DNA from: Anaerolineae bacterium
Lineage (GTDB): Bacteria > Chloroflexota > Anaerolineae > B4-G1 > DUEL01
Direction: 5' to 3'
Length of the DNA: 64,000 bases
NCBI GenBank assembly: GCA_036172315.1
Contig: JASFBC010000158.1
Span: 2,045-66,044 of the forward strand
Shown: one piece after another, positions 25,944-35,413 of the stretch
Layout of the letters: each line of letters opens with the position of its first letter
Numbering within the stretch: position 1 is the first letter of the stretch
Made by a program: the position numbers and the translations under genes
The notes under the pieces: generated by a model
Databases searched by the model: none
The model's input: only the letters and a program-made list of their open reading frames with translations
Told to the model about the DNA's origin: nothing

Positions 25944-27461
25944 ATGCCCGATACAACGGTTCCAGCAGTGGAGATGCGCGGCATCGTCAAACGTTTCCCT
26001 GGCGTCCTGGCCAACGACCACGTGGACCTGACAGTGCGTACCGGGGAAATCCACGCCCTGCTGGGCGAGAACGGTGCCGGCAAAACCACTCTGATGAACA
26101 TCCTCTACGGCATCTATCACCCGGACGAAGGCGAAATCTTCGTCAAGGGCCGGCGCGTCCATATCCGCTCCCCCCGCGATGCCATCCGCCAGGGTATCGG
26201 GATGGTCCACCAACAGTTCCAGCTGGTCCCTTCCCACACGGTGGTGGAGAACGTGGTGCTGGGGCTCCCGGGCAACTTCTTCTTCCCCGAGCGAGCCGCC
26301 CGGCAGCGGCTGCAGGAATTCGCCCAGCGGTACGGCCTGCACGTGGACCCCGATGCTCGCATCTGGCAACTCTCCGCCGGGGAGCAGCAACGGGTGGAAA
26401 TCATTAAGGCCCTCTATCGGGGGGCGGACATCCTCATCCTGGACGAGCCCACCTCTATGCTCACCCCCCGCGAGATTGAGGAGTTGATGTCCACCGTCCG
26501 ACGGATGGCCGATGAGGGGCACACGGTCATCTTCATCACCCACAAATTGGACGAGGTGTTTGCCGTCAGCGATCGGGTGACGGTGCTCCGGCAGGGAAGG
26601 GTGGTCGCCACGCTGGAGACGGCCCACACCGACAAGCGGGAACTGGCCCGCCTGATGGTGGGGCGGGACGTGCTCTTCCGGCTGGAGAAACGCCCGGTCG
26701 CCATCGGCCCCACGGTCCTGGAAGTCCAGGACCTGCATATCCGGAGCGACCGGGGCGTGCTCGCCGTCCGGGGTGTTTCCTTCTCTCTTGCGGCAGGGGA
26801 GATCCTGGGCATCGCGGGAGTGGCGGGGAACGGCCAGCGGGAACTCGTAGAAGCACTGGCGGGCCTGCGCTCTGTGGAGAAGGGCCGGGTGCTCCTCAGC
26901 GGCGAGGACATCACCAACCGCTCCCCCCGCGCCCTGGTCCAGCGCGGCGTCTGCTATGTGCCCGGCGAGCGGTTGGTAGGCACCGTCCCCAACCTCAGCG
27001 TGGCCGAGAACCTGATCCTGAAGATTTACGATCAGGCCCCCGTCTGTCGGGGCATATTTCTGGATTCTCAGGCCATCGCATCACACGCCGACACACTGAT
27101 TGAGCGGTACGCAGTGGCGACCCCTAGCCGGGAGACGCCCCTCAAGTTGCTCTCCGGCGGCAACATCCAGCGGGCCATCCTGGCCCGGGAGACCTCCAGC
27201 AAGCCGAGCCTGCTCATCGCCGCCCACCCCACCAGCGGGCTGGACGTCGGCGCGACGGAGTACATCCGCCAGGTCCTGATGAGCCAGCGGGAGGAAGGCA
27301 CCGCCGTTCTGCTGGTCTCGGAGGACCTGGAGGAGATTCTGCAACTGAGCGACCGCATCGCGGTAATGTACAATGGGGAAATCATGGGCATTCTACCCGT
27401 CGACCGGGCCGACCTGGAGACCATCGGCATGATGATGGCGGGTGTCCATCGCGATTTGTAG
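25944..27461 (+). CDS. ABC transporter ATP-binding protein, duplicated ATPase (BMP/nucleoside-sugar type)
   Basis: Walker A GENGAGKTT, signature LSAGEQQRV, Walker B ILILDEPT. The second half has LSGGNIQRA. Confidence 0.9.
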   Translation: MPDTTVPAVEMRGIVKRFPGVLANDHVDLTVRTGEIHALLGENGAGKTTLMNILYGIYHPDEGEIFVKGRRVHIRSPRDAIRQGIGMVHQQFQLVPSHTVVENVVLGLPGNFFFPERAARQRLQEFAQRYGLHVDPDARIWQLSAGEQQRVEIIKALYRGADILILDEPTSMLTPREIEELMSTVRRMADEGHTVIFITHKLDEVFAVSDRVTVLRQGRVVATLETAHTDKRELARLMVGRDVLFRLEKRPVAIGPTVLEVQDLHIRSDRGVLAVRGVSFSLAAGEILGIAGVAGNGQRELVEALAGLRSVEKGRVLLSGEDITNRSPRALVQRGVCYVPGERLVGTVPNLSVAENLILKIYDQAPVCRGIFLDSQAIASHADTLIERYAVATPSRETPLKLLSGGNIQRAILARETSSKPSLLIAAHPTSGLDVGATEYIRQVLMSQREEGTAVLLVSEDLEEILQLSDRIAVMYNGEIMGILPVDRADLETIGMMMAGVHRDL

Positions 27462-27515
27462 GGCGACCGTAGGGGTTGCTCCTACCCCTGCCCTGGGCCT
27501 GGCACCTGCCCAGGG
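27461..27515. repeat. GC-rich palindromes between the ATPase and permease genes (R4-related GTAGGGG motif plus CCCTGGGC/GCCCAGGG hairpin)
   Basis: GTAGGGCGACCGTAGGGGTTGCTCCTACCCC, then CCCTGGGC-ctggcacct-GCCCAGGG. Confidence 0.5.
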
Positions 27516-27551
27516 CCTATCCCGATGCCAGACCCCAACACTGGAGGACGT

Positions 27552-28679
27552 ATGAACGCTCTACCTCGCATCCGTCTGGAAAAACGTCTGGCTACCCCGC
27601 GCTGGCTGGGCGTGGCCACACCCATCTTGTCCGTACTGGCCGCCCTGCTGGCCATCGCCGTCATCTTCCGACTGCTGGGCGTCAACCCGCTGGTCGCCTA
27701 CGGGCGTATTTTCACCGGCGCGTTTGGCAGCCTCTACGGGCTCTCGGAGACGGTCACGAAGGCCATCCCGCTGATGCTGGCAGGGGTGGGGCTGGCCGTG
27801 GCCTTCCGCGCCCGCGTCTACAACATCGGCGCAGAGGGGCAACTGCTCATCGGCGCCACCTGTGCCACCGGAGTCGCCCTTTTCGTCCCGGGCATCCCGG
27901 ACGGGCTCCGGCTCCCGGCGATGTTCGTGGCGGGTGCTCTGGGCGGCGCCCTCTGGGCAATGATCCCCGCCCTCCTCAAGGCCCGCCTGCGGATAGACGA
28001 GGTGCTCACCAGCCTGATGACCGTCTACATCGCCAGCGAACTGGTCAACCACCTGGTCTACGGGCCGTGGAAGGGGCCGGGCGAGTGGGGCTTCCCGTAC
28101 ACCGACAAGTTCCCTCTGGCGGCCCAAATCCCCCGTATCGGGATTACCCGCATCCACTACCCCACCCTCATCCTGGCCCTGCTGGCAGCGGTGCTGGCCT
28201 ACATCCTCCTCCAGCGCACCCGCTGGGGGTTTGAGATTCGGGTGACGGGGGAGAACCCGGAAGCGGCCCGCTATGCCGGGATGAACTACCTGCGGACGGC
28301 GATGCTGGTGATGGCGCTCAGCGGCGCCCTGGCGGGCATTGCCGGAGTCGGGGAGGTGGCGGGCATCCACTATCGGCTCCGCTACCCTCAGGGCATCTCC
28401 CCTGGCTACGGCTTTACCGCCATCATCGTCGCCTGGCTGGCCCGCCTGAACCCGCTGGGAGTCATCCTCACCTCATTGCTCATCGGCGGACTCCTGGTGG
28501 GCGGGGACGCCATTCAGTTGGCGCTGGGTCTCCCCTCCGCCACCGTCTACCTCTTCAACGGTATGATCCTCTTTTTCGTGCTGGGCGGTGACCTGTTTAC
28601 CCGCTACAGAATACGAATAGAAATTCCCAGCCGGGCCGCCGCAACTCCGGTACGGCTGGAGAGGGAGGAGGCCTTATGA
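27552..28679 (+). CDS. ABC transporter permease (BMP-type importer)
   Basis: Polytopic ORF at 27525-28679. ATG 27552 after GGAGGA is preferred. Confidence 0.85.
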   Translation: MNALPRIRLEKRLATPRWLGVATPILSVLAALLAIAVIFRLLGVNPLVAYGRIFTGAFGSLYGLSETVTKAIPLMLAGVGLAVAFRARVYNIGAEGQLLIGATCATGVALFVPGIPDGLRLPAMFVAGALGGALWAMIPALLKARLRIDEVLTSLMTVYIASELVNHLVYGPWKGPGEWGFPYTDKFPLAAQIPRIGITRIHYPTLILALLAAVLAYILLQRTRWGFEIRVTGENPEAARYAGMNYLRTAMLVMALSGALAGIAGVGEVAGIHYRLRYPQGISPGYGFTAIIVAWLARLNPLGVILTSLLIGGLLVGGDAIQLALGLPSATVYLFNGMILFFVLGGDLFTRYRIRIEIPSRAAATPVRLEREEAL

Positions 28680-29605
28680 GCGTCTGGGCTTATATCTTCT
28701 CGGTACTCCGGGCGGCCATCCCTGCCGGCACCCCCCTGCTATACGGCACCCTGGGAGAAGTGACCGCTGAGCGGTCTGGCGTAGTCAACCTGGGTGTGGA
28801 GGGTATGATGATTATGGGCGCGGTGACGGCTTTCGGCGTCGCTCAGGCCACGGGGAATGCCTTTCTGGCCGTTGCTGCCGCCGCGCTGGTGGGCGGGATA
28901 CTTGCCCTCATCCACGCCTTCGCCAGCATTACCCTGCGGGTCAACCAGGTCGTCTCCGGTCTGGCGCTGACCATGCTGGGACAGGGGATCAGCGGGATGA
29001 TCGGCAAGCAATTCATCGGAATGCCGCCCCGCGTTCAGTTGAAGCCCGTCCCCATCCCCGGCCTGAGCGACCTGCCGGTACTGGGGCCCCTGCTCTTTCA
29101 GCACGACCTGCTGGTCTACATTGGCCTGCTGATGGTGCCTGTCCTCTGGTTTCTCTTCTACCGGACCCGCTGGGGGATTAACCTGCGGTCGGTGGGCGAA
29201 AGCCCCGCCACCGCCGACGCAATGGGAGTGAACGTCTTTCAGGTCCGCTACCTGGCCGTCCTCTTCGGCGGGCTGATGGCGGGCATCGGCGGGGCTTACC
29301 TCTCCATCGTCTACGCCCCGGCCTGGATTGAGGGGATGACGGCGGGCATCGGCTGGATCGTCATCGCCCTGACCATCTTCGCTATGTGGGACCCGGTGCG
29401 GGGGTTGCTGGGGGCTTACCTATTCGGCAGCGTGCGGGTGCTCCAGTACCGGCTCCAGGGGCTGGGCATCTCTCCGCCGCTCCTCAACATGCTCCCCTTC
29501 ATCCTCACCATCCTGGTCCTGATGTTCAGCGCGGGGGAGGCGATGCGCAAACGGCTGGGGGCCCCGGCGGCCCTGATGCAACCATATACCCGTGAGGAGC
29601 GGTAG
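28676..29605 (+). CDS. ABC transporter permease (BMP-type importer, second subunit)
   Basis: Polytopic, with a 4-nt overlap (ATGA) with the upstream permease. Confidence 0.85.
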   Translation: MSVWAYIFSVLRAAIPAGTPLLYGTLGEVTAERSGVVNLGVEGMMIMGAVTAFGVAQATGNAFLAVAAAALVGGILALIHAFASITLRVNQVVSGLALTMLGQGISGMIGKQFIGMPPRVQLKPVPIPGLSDLPVLGPLLFQHDLLVYIGLLMVPVLWFLFYRTRWGINLRSVGESPATADAMGVNVFQVRYLAVLFGGLMAGIGGAYLSIVYAPAWIEGMTAGIGWIVIALTIFAMWDPVRGLLGAYLFGSVRVLQYRLQGLGISPPLLNMLPFILTILVLMFSAGEAMRKRLGAPAALMQPYTREER

Positions 29606-29606
29606 C

Positions 29607-30551
29607 GTGTACGTTGTAGCGGTGGACCTGGGGGGAACCCAGATTCGGGCCGCCCGCTGCACCCCTGACGGCCGGATGGAGAAGCGGGTGGCCATCCCCA
29701 CTCTGGCCACCCAGGGCCCAGAGGTGGTCCTGGACCGCATCCGGCAGGCCATCCGGGCGGTCTGGCCGGAGGGAGAACCCGTATCCGCCCTGGTCCTCTC
29801 TGCCCCGGGGCCGGTGGACGCCCTGCGCGGTGTCGTCCGTTTCACCCCGAATATACCGGGCTGGAAAGACGTCCCCCTGCGGGACCTGATGGCGGAGACA
29901 TTCGGCGTCCCTACCTTCGTCGCCAACGATGCCAACCTGGCAGCCCTGGGCGAGTTCCGCTTCGGCGCCGGGCAGGGGGTGCGGGACCTGATCTATCTGA
30001 CCATCAGTACCGGTATCGGCGGGGGGATCATTGTAGACGGTCGTCTCTACGAGGGCGGACAGGGCCTGGGCGGCGAAGTCGGCCACATGGTGGTGGAGCC
30101 AAACGGCCCCCTCTGCGGCTGCGGAGGGTACGGGTGCCTGGAGGCCGTCGCCTCTGGGACGGCTATTGCTCGTGAGGCCCGGGCGGCGCTGGAGCGGGGC
30201 GCGCCTTCCCTTCTCACCGGCATAGTGGGCGGTCCGGAAGCGATCACCGCCAGAGAGGTGGCCGAAGCAGCGGCACAGGGGGATGACCTTTCGCAGCGCA
30301 TTTTCGCCCGCGCAGGCTTCTATATCGGACTGGCGCTGGTCAGCCTGATGTACCTCTTCAACCCTGCCCGGTTCATCATCGGCGGATCGGTCGCCAATGC
30401 GGGCGATCTCCTCTTTGGCCCTATGCGGAAGACGATGCGGGAACGGGCCCAGCGCGTCTACTGGGAAAACACGCCGGTCGTCCCGGCGGCCCTGGGGGAC
30501 GACGTGGTGCTGCTGGGCGCGCTCGCGCTGGCCCTGGAGCGAACATTATAG
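29607..30551 (+). CDS. ROK-family sugar kinase (glucokinase-like)
   Basis: AVDLGGTQIR; ..ANDANLAALGE..; zinc motif CGCGGYGCLE. GTG 29607 after GAGGAG is preferred over 29592. Confidence 0.85.
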   Translation: MYVVAVDLGGTQIRAARCTPDGRMEKRVAIPTLATQGPEVVLDRIRQAIRAVWPEGEPVSALVLSAPGPVDALRGVVRFTPNIPGWKDVPLRDLMAETFGVPTFVANDANLAALGEFRFGAGQGVRDLIYLTISTGIGGGIIVDGRLYEGGQGLGGEVGHMVVEPNGPLCGCGGYGCLEAVASGTAIAREARAALERGAPSLLTGIVGGPEAITAREVAEAAAQGDDLSQRIFARAGFYIGLALVSLMYLFNPARFIIGGSVANAGDLLFGPMRKTMRERAQRVYWENTPVVPAALGDDVVLLGALALALERTL

Positions 30552-30554
30552 ACG

Positions 30555-32273
30555 ATGGGGCTCCTCCTCCGCGTGCTGGACCGGCTTACCGAGGGCCCCC
30601 GTCGCCGGAAGTACGAAACCCTCGCCCGCCAGATGGGGCGCCCAGAGGTTTCGCCGGATGGCCGACGGGGGTTCATCATTATTCAGATAGACGGCCTCTC
30701 CTACCATCATTTGGTGGGAGCCTTAGAACGGGGCTACCTTCCGTACCTCCGCCGGCTGGTCAAAGAGGAGGGCTGGCACCTGACCCCCTGGTACTGCGGA
30801 CTGCCCAGCACCACTCCGGCGGTTCAGGCGGGCATCCTTTTCGGCAACCGGGAGGACATCCCCGGTTTCCGCTGGTACGATAAGCGGGAACGAGTGGCCT
30901 TCGTCGCCAAACGGCCCGCCCAGGTCCAGGCGCTCCAGGAACGGCTGAAGAGAGAACGGGTCGGCATTCTCATGGGAGGCTCCAGTTATGTGAACATGTT
31001 TGACGGGGACGCCGACCTGGCCCTCTTTACCCTCTCCTCCATCCACCCTCGCCTCTTCCTGGAGTCGGTGCGTGGCATCGGCCTCCTGATCATTTTCCTG
31101 CTCAGCCCGTTGCGGGTCCTGCGTGTCTTCTGGCTGACGATTACCGGCTACCTGCGCGCCCTCTTCTGGCGGCTGAGGGCCATCCTCCGCCGTCGGCCGA
31201 CCCGTCCCTCGGGCCTTCTTTCCCCCCTCCTGGCGGCGGCCGTCAACGCCCTGTTCACCGAAGTCCAGACCTTCGGCATCATCCTGGATATTTACCGGGG
31301 CGTTCCCTCCATTTACGCCAACTATAACGCCTATGACGAAATGGCCCATCAGTTCGGTCCCGATGACCCGGCGGCCCTGAGCATCCTGCGGGATATAGAC
31401 CGGCGCATCCGGCAGATTGACCGGGCCCGTCGGCGCTCACCGGGCCGCCGCTACGACCTCTTCGTCCTCTCCGACCATGGCAACGCCCCCGCCGTCCCCT
31501 TTTCCTGGCGGAGAGAGCAGACGCTGGGGGAGTTTGTCGCGGCCCAGTTGGGAGACGTCTCGCTGGATGAGGTCTTCGGCCGACCGGGGTACGCGGAGGC
31601 GAAGGCCCGCTATCTGATAGAGGAGATGGAGGGGATAGAAGAGCGGCTACCGCCCGCCGTGAGCCGGGTGGTGCGAGCCCTGCGCCGCTCCCTGGGCCGC
31701 TCCATTCCACCCGACCATGAGGCAGAAGAGTACGATCTGGAGCGGTGGGAGGATGTGGTCGTGCGGGTCTCAGGGCCGCTGGCCCATATCTACTTTAACG
31801 TCGTCGCCCGGCCGCTGGACCTGATAGAGGTGGCGCTCCTGTACCCCCATCTGCTGGACCGGTTGATGGAGATGGACCTCATTGGCTGGGTCCTGGGGCG
31901 GGCCGGAGGGCAGGCTGTGGTATTGGGACGAGAGGGCGGTCGGGCCGTGATCGGCAAGGAATGGGTGGAGATCACGCCGCCTGACCCGCTCTCGCCCTAC
32001 GGCGACCGGGACCGGGTCGCCCGCGAGGCCTATCATCTGGCGACCAGCCCGCACGCGGGGGACCTGATCCTGATGGGCGGGCTTCTTCCGGATGGGCGGG
32101 TGGTGACCTTTGAGGAGCAGGTCGCTACCCACGGCGGTCTGGGAGGGGGGCAGGAATGGCCGTTTCTGCTCTGCGATCCGGAGAATCCGGTGACGGTGAC
32201 CTCCCCGGCGGCCCTTTACGACTTCTTCCTGGAGCGGTATTTCAAACGCCCCTCCGCTTCGCTGCGGGGCTGA
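30555..32273 (+). CDS. Alkaline-phosphatase-superfamily (type I phosphodiesterase/nucleotide pyrophosphatase-like) membrane protein
   Basis: IIIQIDGLSY.., LPSTTPAVQAGILFG (nucleophile-Thr context), FVLSDHGNA, and internal hydrophobic helices. Confidence 0.65.
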   Translation: MGLLLRVLDRLTEGPRRRKYETLARQMGRPEVSPDGRRGFIIIQIDGLSYHHLVGALERGYLPYLRRLVKEEGWHLTPWYCGLPSTTPAVQAGILFGNREDIPGFRWYDKRERVAFVAKRPAQVQALQERLKRERVGILMGGSSYVNMFDGDADLALFTLSSIHPRLFLESVRGIGLLIIFLLSPLRVLRVFWLTITGYLRALFWRLRAILRRRPTRPSGLLSPLLAAAVNALFTEVQTFGIILDIYRGVPSIYANYNAYDEMAHQFGPDDPAALSILRDIDRRIRQIDRARRRSPGRRYDLFVLSDHGNAPAVPFSWRREQTLGEFVAAQLGDVSLDEVFGRPGYAEAKARYLIEEMEGIEERLPPAVSRVVRALRRSLGRSIPPDHEAEEYDLERWEDVVVRVSGPLAHIYFNVVARPLDLIEVALLYPHLLDRLMEMDLIGWVLGRAGGQAVVLGREGGRAVIGKEWVEITPPDPLSPYGDRDRVAREAYHLATSPHAGDLILMGGLLPDGRVVTFEEQVATHGGLGGGQEWPFLLCDPENPVTVTSPAALYDFFLERYFKRPSASLRG

Positions 32274-32345
32274 CGGTTTGATAAAGCACGGAGCGCCGGG
32301 AAGCGCCGTTCCGATGCCCCTCCGCTGCGGGCTGACTACGAACGC
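32249..32345 (+). repeat. R2 dispersed repeat (dimeric copy) spanning a gene boundary
   Basis: CCCCTCCGCTTCGCTGCGGGGCTGAC..GCACGGAGCGCCGGGAAGCGCCGTTCCGATGCCCCTCCGCTGCGGGCTGACTACGAAC. It supplies the last codons of one gene and the first codons of the next. Confidence 0.7.
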
Positions 32346-35121
32346 TGGAGGCAAAGTGCCCGAGCGTCGTCTGTATTGGGTAGGAATGTCGCTGGTTTTG
32401 CTGACGGCGGCCGCGTTGCGCCTGGTGGCGATTCCCCATCTCCCCATCGGCCTGCACTACGACGAAGCCGCCAATTACATCCTGACCCGGGGGATCGCGT
32501 ACGAGGGATACCGCCCCCTCTTTATTAGCGCGTACACCGGCAAAGAGGTGCTGTTCTTCTATCTGGGCGCGCTGTGGCTCCGGCTGGTCGGGGGAGCGCC
32601 CTGGGTCCTGCGGCTGAACGGGGCGGTGATCGGCCTCCTGGCCGTCGCCGCGACGGGGGCCGCCGCCCGCGCCCTGGGAGGGCCGGGACCGGAGGGCCGC
32701 CGGATCGCCCTCTTCGCCGCCGCCGGGATGGCGGTCCTCCTCCCCCATGTCATCCTCAGCCGCTATGGCTTCCGCGCCGTCTCCCAATCCCTGATGGAGG
32801 CGCTGACGGTAGCGGCCCTCTGGCGCGCCCTCCGAAGGGGGCGGTGGCTGGACTCCCTGGCCGCCGGGCTCTTCCTGGGGCTGACCGGTTACACCTATCT
32901 GGCCGCGCGGCTTTTCCCCATCCCCCTGGCCCTGGCGATGATCTGGCTGCTCCTGCGTACCCCCGGCCCGGCACACCGGCGGTACCTGCTCCGGCTCACC
33001 GTCGTCCTGGTGGCGGCTCTGGTGGTCTTCGCCCCGCTGGGACTCTACTTCCTCCGCAACCCCCAGGCCTTTTCCGTCCGCGCCTCCCAGATCGCCGCTC
33101 CGACATGGCGGGAGGTACTGGACGGATTCTGGCGCTGCGCCCTCGGGCTGGGCCGGCCCAGCCGGGGAGACCCGGGAGTCCGTTTCAACGTCGCTCCCCA
33201 TCCTGTGCTGGAGTGGCCCCTGGCCCTGCTGGCGCTGGCGGGCTTCCCGCTCCTGTTCATCCGCCGTCCGGCAGACCCGCCGACCTCGGCCGCGCGCCTC
33301 TTCCTCCTGCTGGTCATCCCGGTCATGCTCCTGCCCAGCGCGCTGGCGACACGGGACGGCGTCCCCAACCACATGCGCCTGGTAGGTGTCTACCCGTTTC
33401 TGGTTATCTTTCCGGCAGTGACGCTTTCGGAATTCGCTCGCCGTTTTCCGGCCCGCCTCTGCTCCTTCGCAGGGGTGCTGGCCCTGCTCTTCCTGCTGGG
33501 CTGGAACGGCGCCGTCACAGGGGACCACTATTTCCGCTGGGCCCGCTCCCCCGCCCTCTTTGATGCCAACGACGGGGACATGGTGCTCCTGGCCCAGACG
33601 CTGGACCGGTTAGACCTGGAAGGCACCACGGCCTATGTCGCCTCCGTCCACTATCGGCATCCGACAGTGGCGGCGCTTTCCCGGAGGTACGGTCAGGTCA
33701 AATGGCTGACGGGCGGCGCGACGCTGGTTCTTCCTCCCCAGGGCGGCGCGGTCTACCTGGTGCCCGTGACGGCCCAACCGCCATTCCCCTGGCCGGAGTG
33801 GCTCTCTTCCCGGTGGTCAGTGGAGGAACTCCGCGACCCCTTCGGGCGGCCTGCCCTCTGGGTCTACCGTCTCCCGGCCGATGTAGTGGCCGCGCTGCGG
33901 CCGAAGGAGCCGCCTGCCGCCGATTTCGGCCACGTCGTCTGGGTTCACGGCGCGGCCCCGTTGACGCCGGGGTGCGCGGCGGGCGGGCCCTGCGGGGTGC
34001 TGGTGATCTGGGAGGTACGGGCCCCCTACCCGGCGCTCCAGCCCGTCGTCCGCCTGACCCACCCGCAGACCGGCGAGTGGGCCCGCGTCCATCCCTTCCA
34101 CTACCCGACCGGAGAGTGGACGACGGGGGATGTGGTGCTGGACCAGCAGATTCTGAGGCCGTCGCCTGGCGCGCCGCCGGTAGACGGCTATGAGGTCGCC
34201 GTGGGATTCTTCCACCCGGACACGCTGGAGGTCCTCCCCCGCGTGGGGCCCGATGAAGAGTTCGCCGGACTGGAGGTCCGGTTTCCCTTCGGGGCGCTGA
34301 AGCCGCCGGAGGCAGGGGCTTCCGGGGCACTCCCCGCTTCCTGCCGCCCCGCGCCGGAGCCGGCGGAATGGGAGGGAGTCCGGCTTCTGGGGTGGTCGTC
34401 GTTGCCGTCGTCCCTCCGGCCCGGGGAGCGGCTTTCGCTGACCCTCTGCTGGCAGGCTCTCACCGCGCCCCTGCCCGACCGGACGGTCCGCTTCTGGCTG
34501 GAGGGTCCGCAGCGGATTTCCCTGTATGAAGATGCCCCGGTGTACGGCCACCTCCCGTTCTCCGCGTGGTCGGTGGGGATGATGGTGGAGGACCGGCTGA
34601 CCGTCCACCTGCCCCGGGAGATGCCGCCGGGAGAGTACCGGGCTCATATCGCGATCGGTCCGGCAGACCCGGTTATACTGGGAACGCTCTCGGTTTCCCC
34701 TGTGGAGCGCACATTTACTGCCCCTTCCTTTCCGCATCCTCTGGAGGCGAATTTCGGCGGGCAGATTCGTCTCCTGGGATACGAGATGGGAGAAGTCCAG
34801 GCAGGACGGCCATTCTCGCTGGTCCTCTACTGGCAGGCGCAGCAGGAGATGGAGGAGGACTATACCGTCTTCGTCCATTTGCTGGACCCCCAGAGTGGCG
34901 CCATCCTCACACAGGTTGACGAAATGCCCGTTCACGGGACATATCCGACCTCCCTGTGGGTGGCGGGGGAGGTGGTGCGGGATGAACATATCCTCGTCCT
35001 GCCCGCGCTGGCGCCGGGGCGATACTCCCTGCGGGTGGGGCTGTATCTAAAGGAGACAGGCCAGCGGCTGCCCGTCGGCAATGGGAATTTTCTGTTACTG
35101 CCGCTGGAGGTCCTCAGGTGA
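32314..35121 (+). CDS. GT-C fold glycosyltransferase (family 39/83, ArnT/PMT-like) with long C-terminal extracytoplasmic extension
   Basis: First-loop motif LHYDEAANY, about 12 hydrophobic helices, then about 500 aa of soluble sequence. The start is uncertain (32278, 32314 or 32386). Confidence 0.7.
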   Translation: MPLRCGLTTNAGGKVPERRLYWVGMSLVLLTAAALRLVAIPHLPIGLHYDEAANYILTRGIAYEGYRPLFISAYTGKEVLFFYLGALWLRLVGGAPWVLRLNGAVIGLLAVAATGAAARALGGPGPEGRRIALFAAAGMAVLLPHVILSRYGFRAVSQSLMEALTVAALWRALRRGRWLDSLAAGLFLGLTGYTYLAARLFPIPLALAMIWLLLRTPGPAHRRYLLRLTVVLVAALVVFAPLGLYFLRNPQAFSVRASQIAAPTWREVLDGFWRCALGLGRPSRGDPGVRFNVAPHPVLEWPLALLALAGFPLLFIRRPADPPTSAARLFLLLVIPVMLLPSALATRDGVPNHMRLVGVYPFLVIFPAVTLSEFARRFPARLCSFAGVLALLFLLGWNGAVTGDHYFRWARSPALFDANDGDMVLLAQTLDRLDLEGTTAYVASVHYRHPTVAALSRRYGQVKWLTGGATLVLPPQGGAVYLVPVTAQPPFPWPEWLSSRWSVEELRDPFGRPALWVYRLPADVVAALRPKEPPAADFGHVVWVHGAAPLTPGCAAGGPCGVLVIWEVRAPYPALQPVVRLTHPQTGEWARVHPFHYPTGEWTTGDVVLDQQILRPSPGAPPVDGYEVAVGFFHPDTLEVLPRVGPDEEFAGLEVRFPFGALKPPEAGASGALPASCRPAPEPAEWEGVRLLGWSSLPSSLRPGERLSLTLCWQALTAPLPDRTVRFWLEGPQRISLYEDAPVYGHLPFSAWSVGMMVEDRLTVHLPREMPPGEYRAHIAIGPADPVILGTLSVSPVERTFTAPSFPHPLEANFGGQIRLLGYEMGEVQAGRPFSLVLYWQAQQEMEEDYTVFVHLLDPQSGAILTQVDEMPVHGTYPTSLWVAGEVVRDEHILVLPALAPGRYSLRVGLYLKETGQRLPVGNGNFLLLPLEVLR

Positions 35122-35164
35122 CCATCACCTCTGAAGGCGACTGTCACCTGAGAGGATCGTGCGG

Positions 35165-35192
35165 TTGCCCATCGGCCAAATGATGGTATAAT
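35165..35192 (+). promoter_or_regulatory. Extended -10 promoter upstream of the PFK genes
   Basis: TTGCCC-16-TATAAT with TG at -15/-14 (TGGTATAAT, 35184-35192). This implies a 5' leader of about 215 nt. Confidence 0.5.
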
Positions 35193-35237
35193 TGTTGAGA
35201 ATAGCGATGAGAGGGGCGGACGCGCACAAAGACCAAG

Positions 35238-35380
35238 GAAAATCCCTATTCATCTGCGTTTATCTGCGTCCTATTTCCTAAGAAAAATCCCTATTCATCT
35301 GCGTTTATCTGCGTTTATCTGCGTCCTATTTCCTAAAGAAAATCCCTGTTCATCTGCGGTTATCTGCGTCCTATTTCCGC
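35238..35380 (+). repeat. Low-G+C tandem repeat, 3 units (44, 56 and about 41 nt), with seven ATCTGCG heptamers phased at 10 bp
   Basis: GAAAATCCCTATTCATCTGCGTTTATCTGCGTCCTATTTCCTAA occurs 3 times. Unit 2 has an extra TTATCTGCGT. Unit 1 is 17/44 G+C. Confidence 0.9.
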
Positions 35381-35413
35381 ATCTCTCAGACCCGTATGTT
35401 CGGAGGAAAGAAA

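Noticed and set aside
35207-35281. A 24-codon ORF ([24 protein letters not shown]) in the pfk leader, in the same frame as pfk.
   Set aside because: It has no RBS. Its sequence is dictated by the tandem repeat, and an in-frame TAA separates it from pfk. There is no support for a leader peptide.
35238-35380. The tandem repeat upstream of pfk, considered as a possible mini-CRISPR array.
   Set aside because: The units abut directly with no unique spacers. There are only three copies, no cas genes, and the unit length is variable because of an internal 10-nt reiteration.
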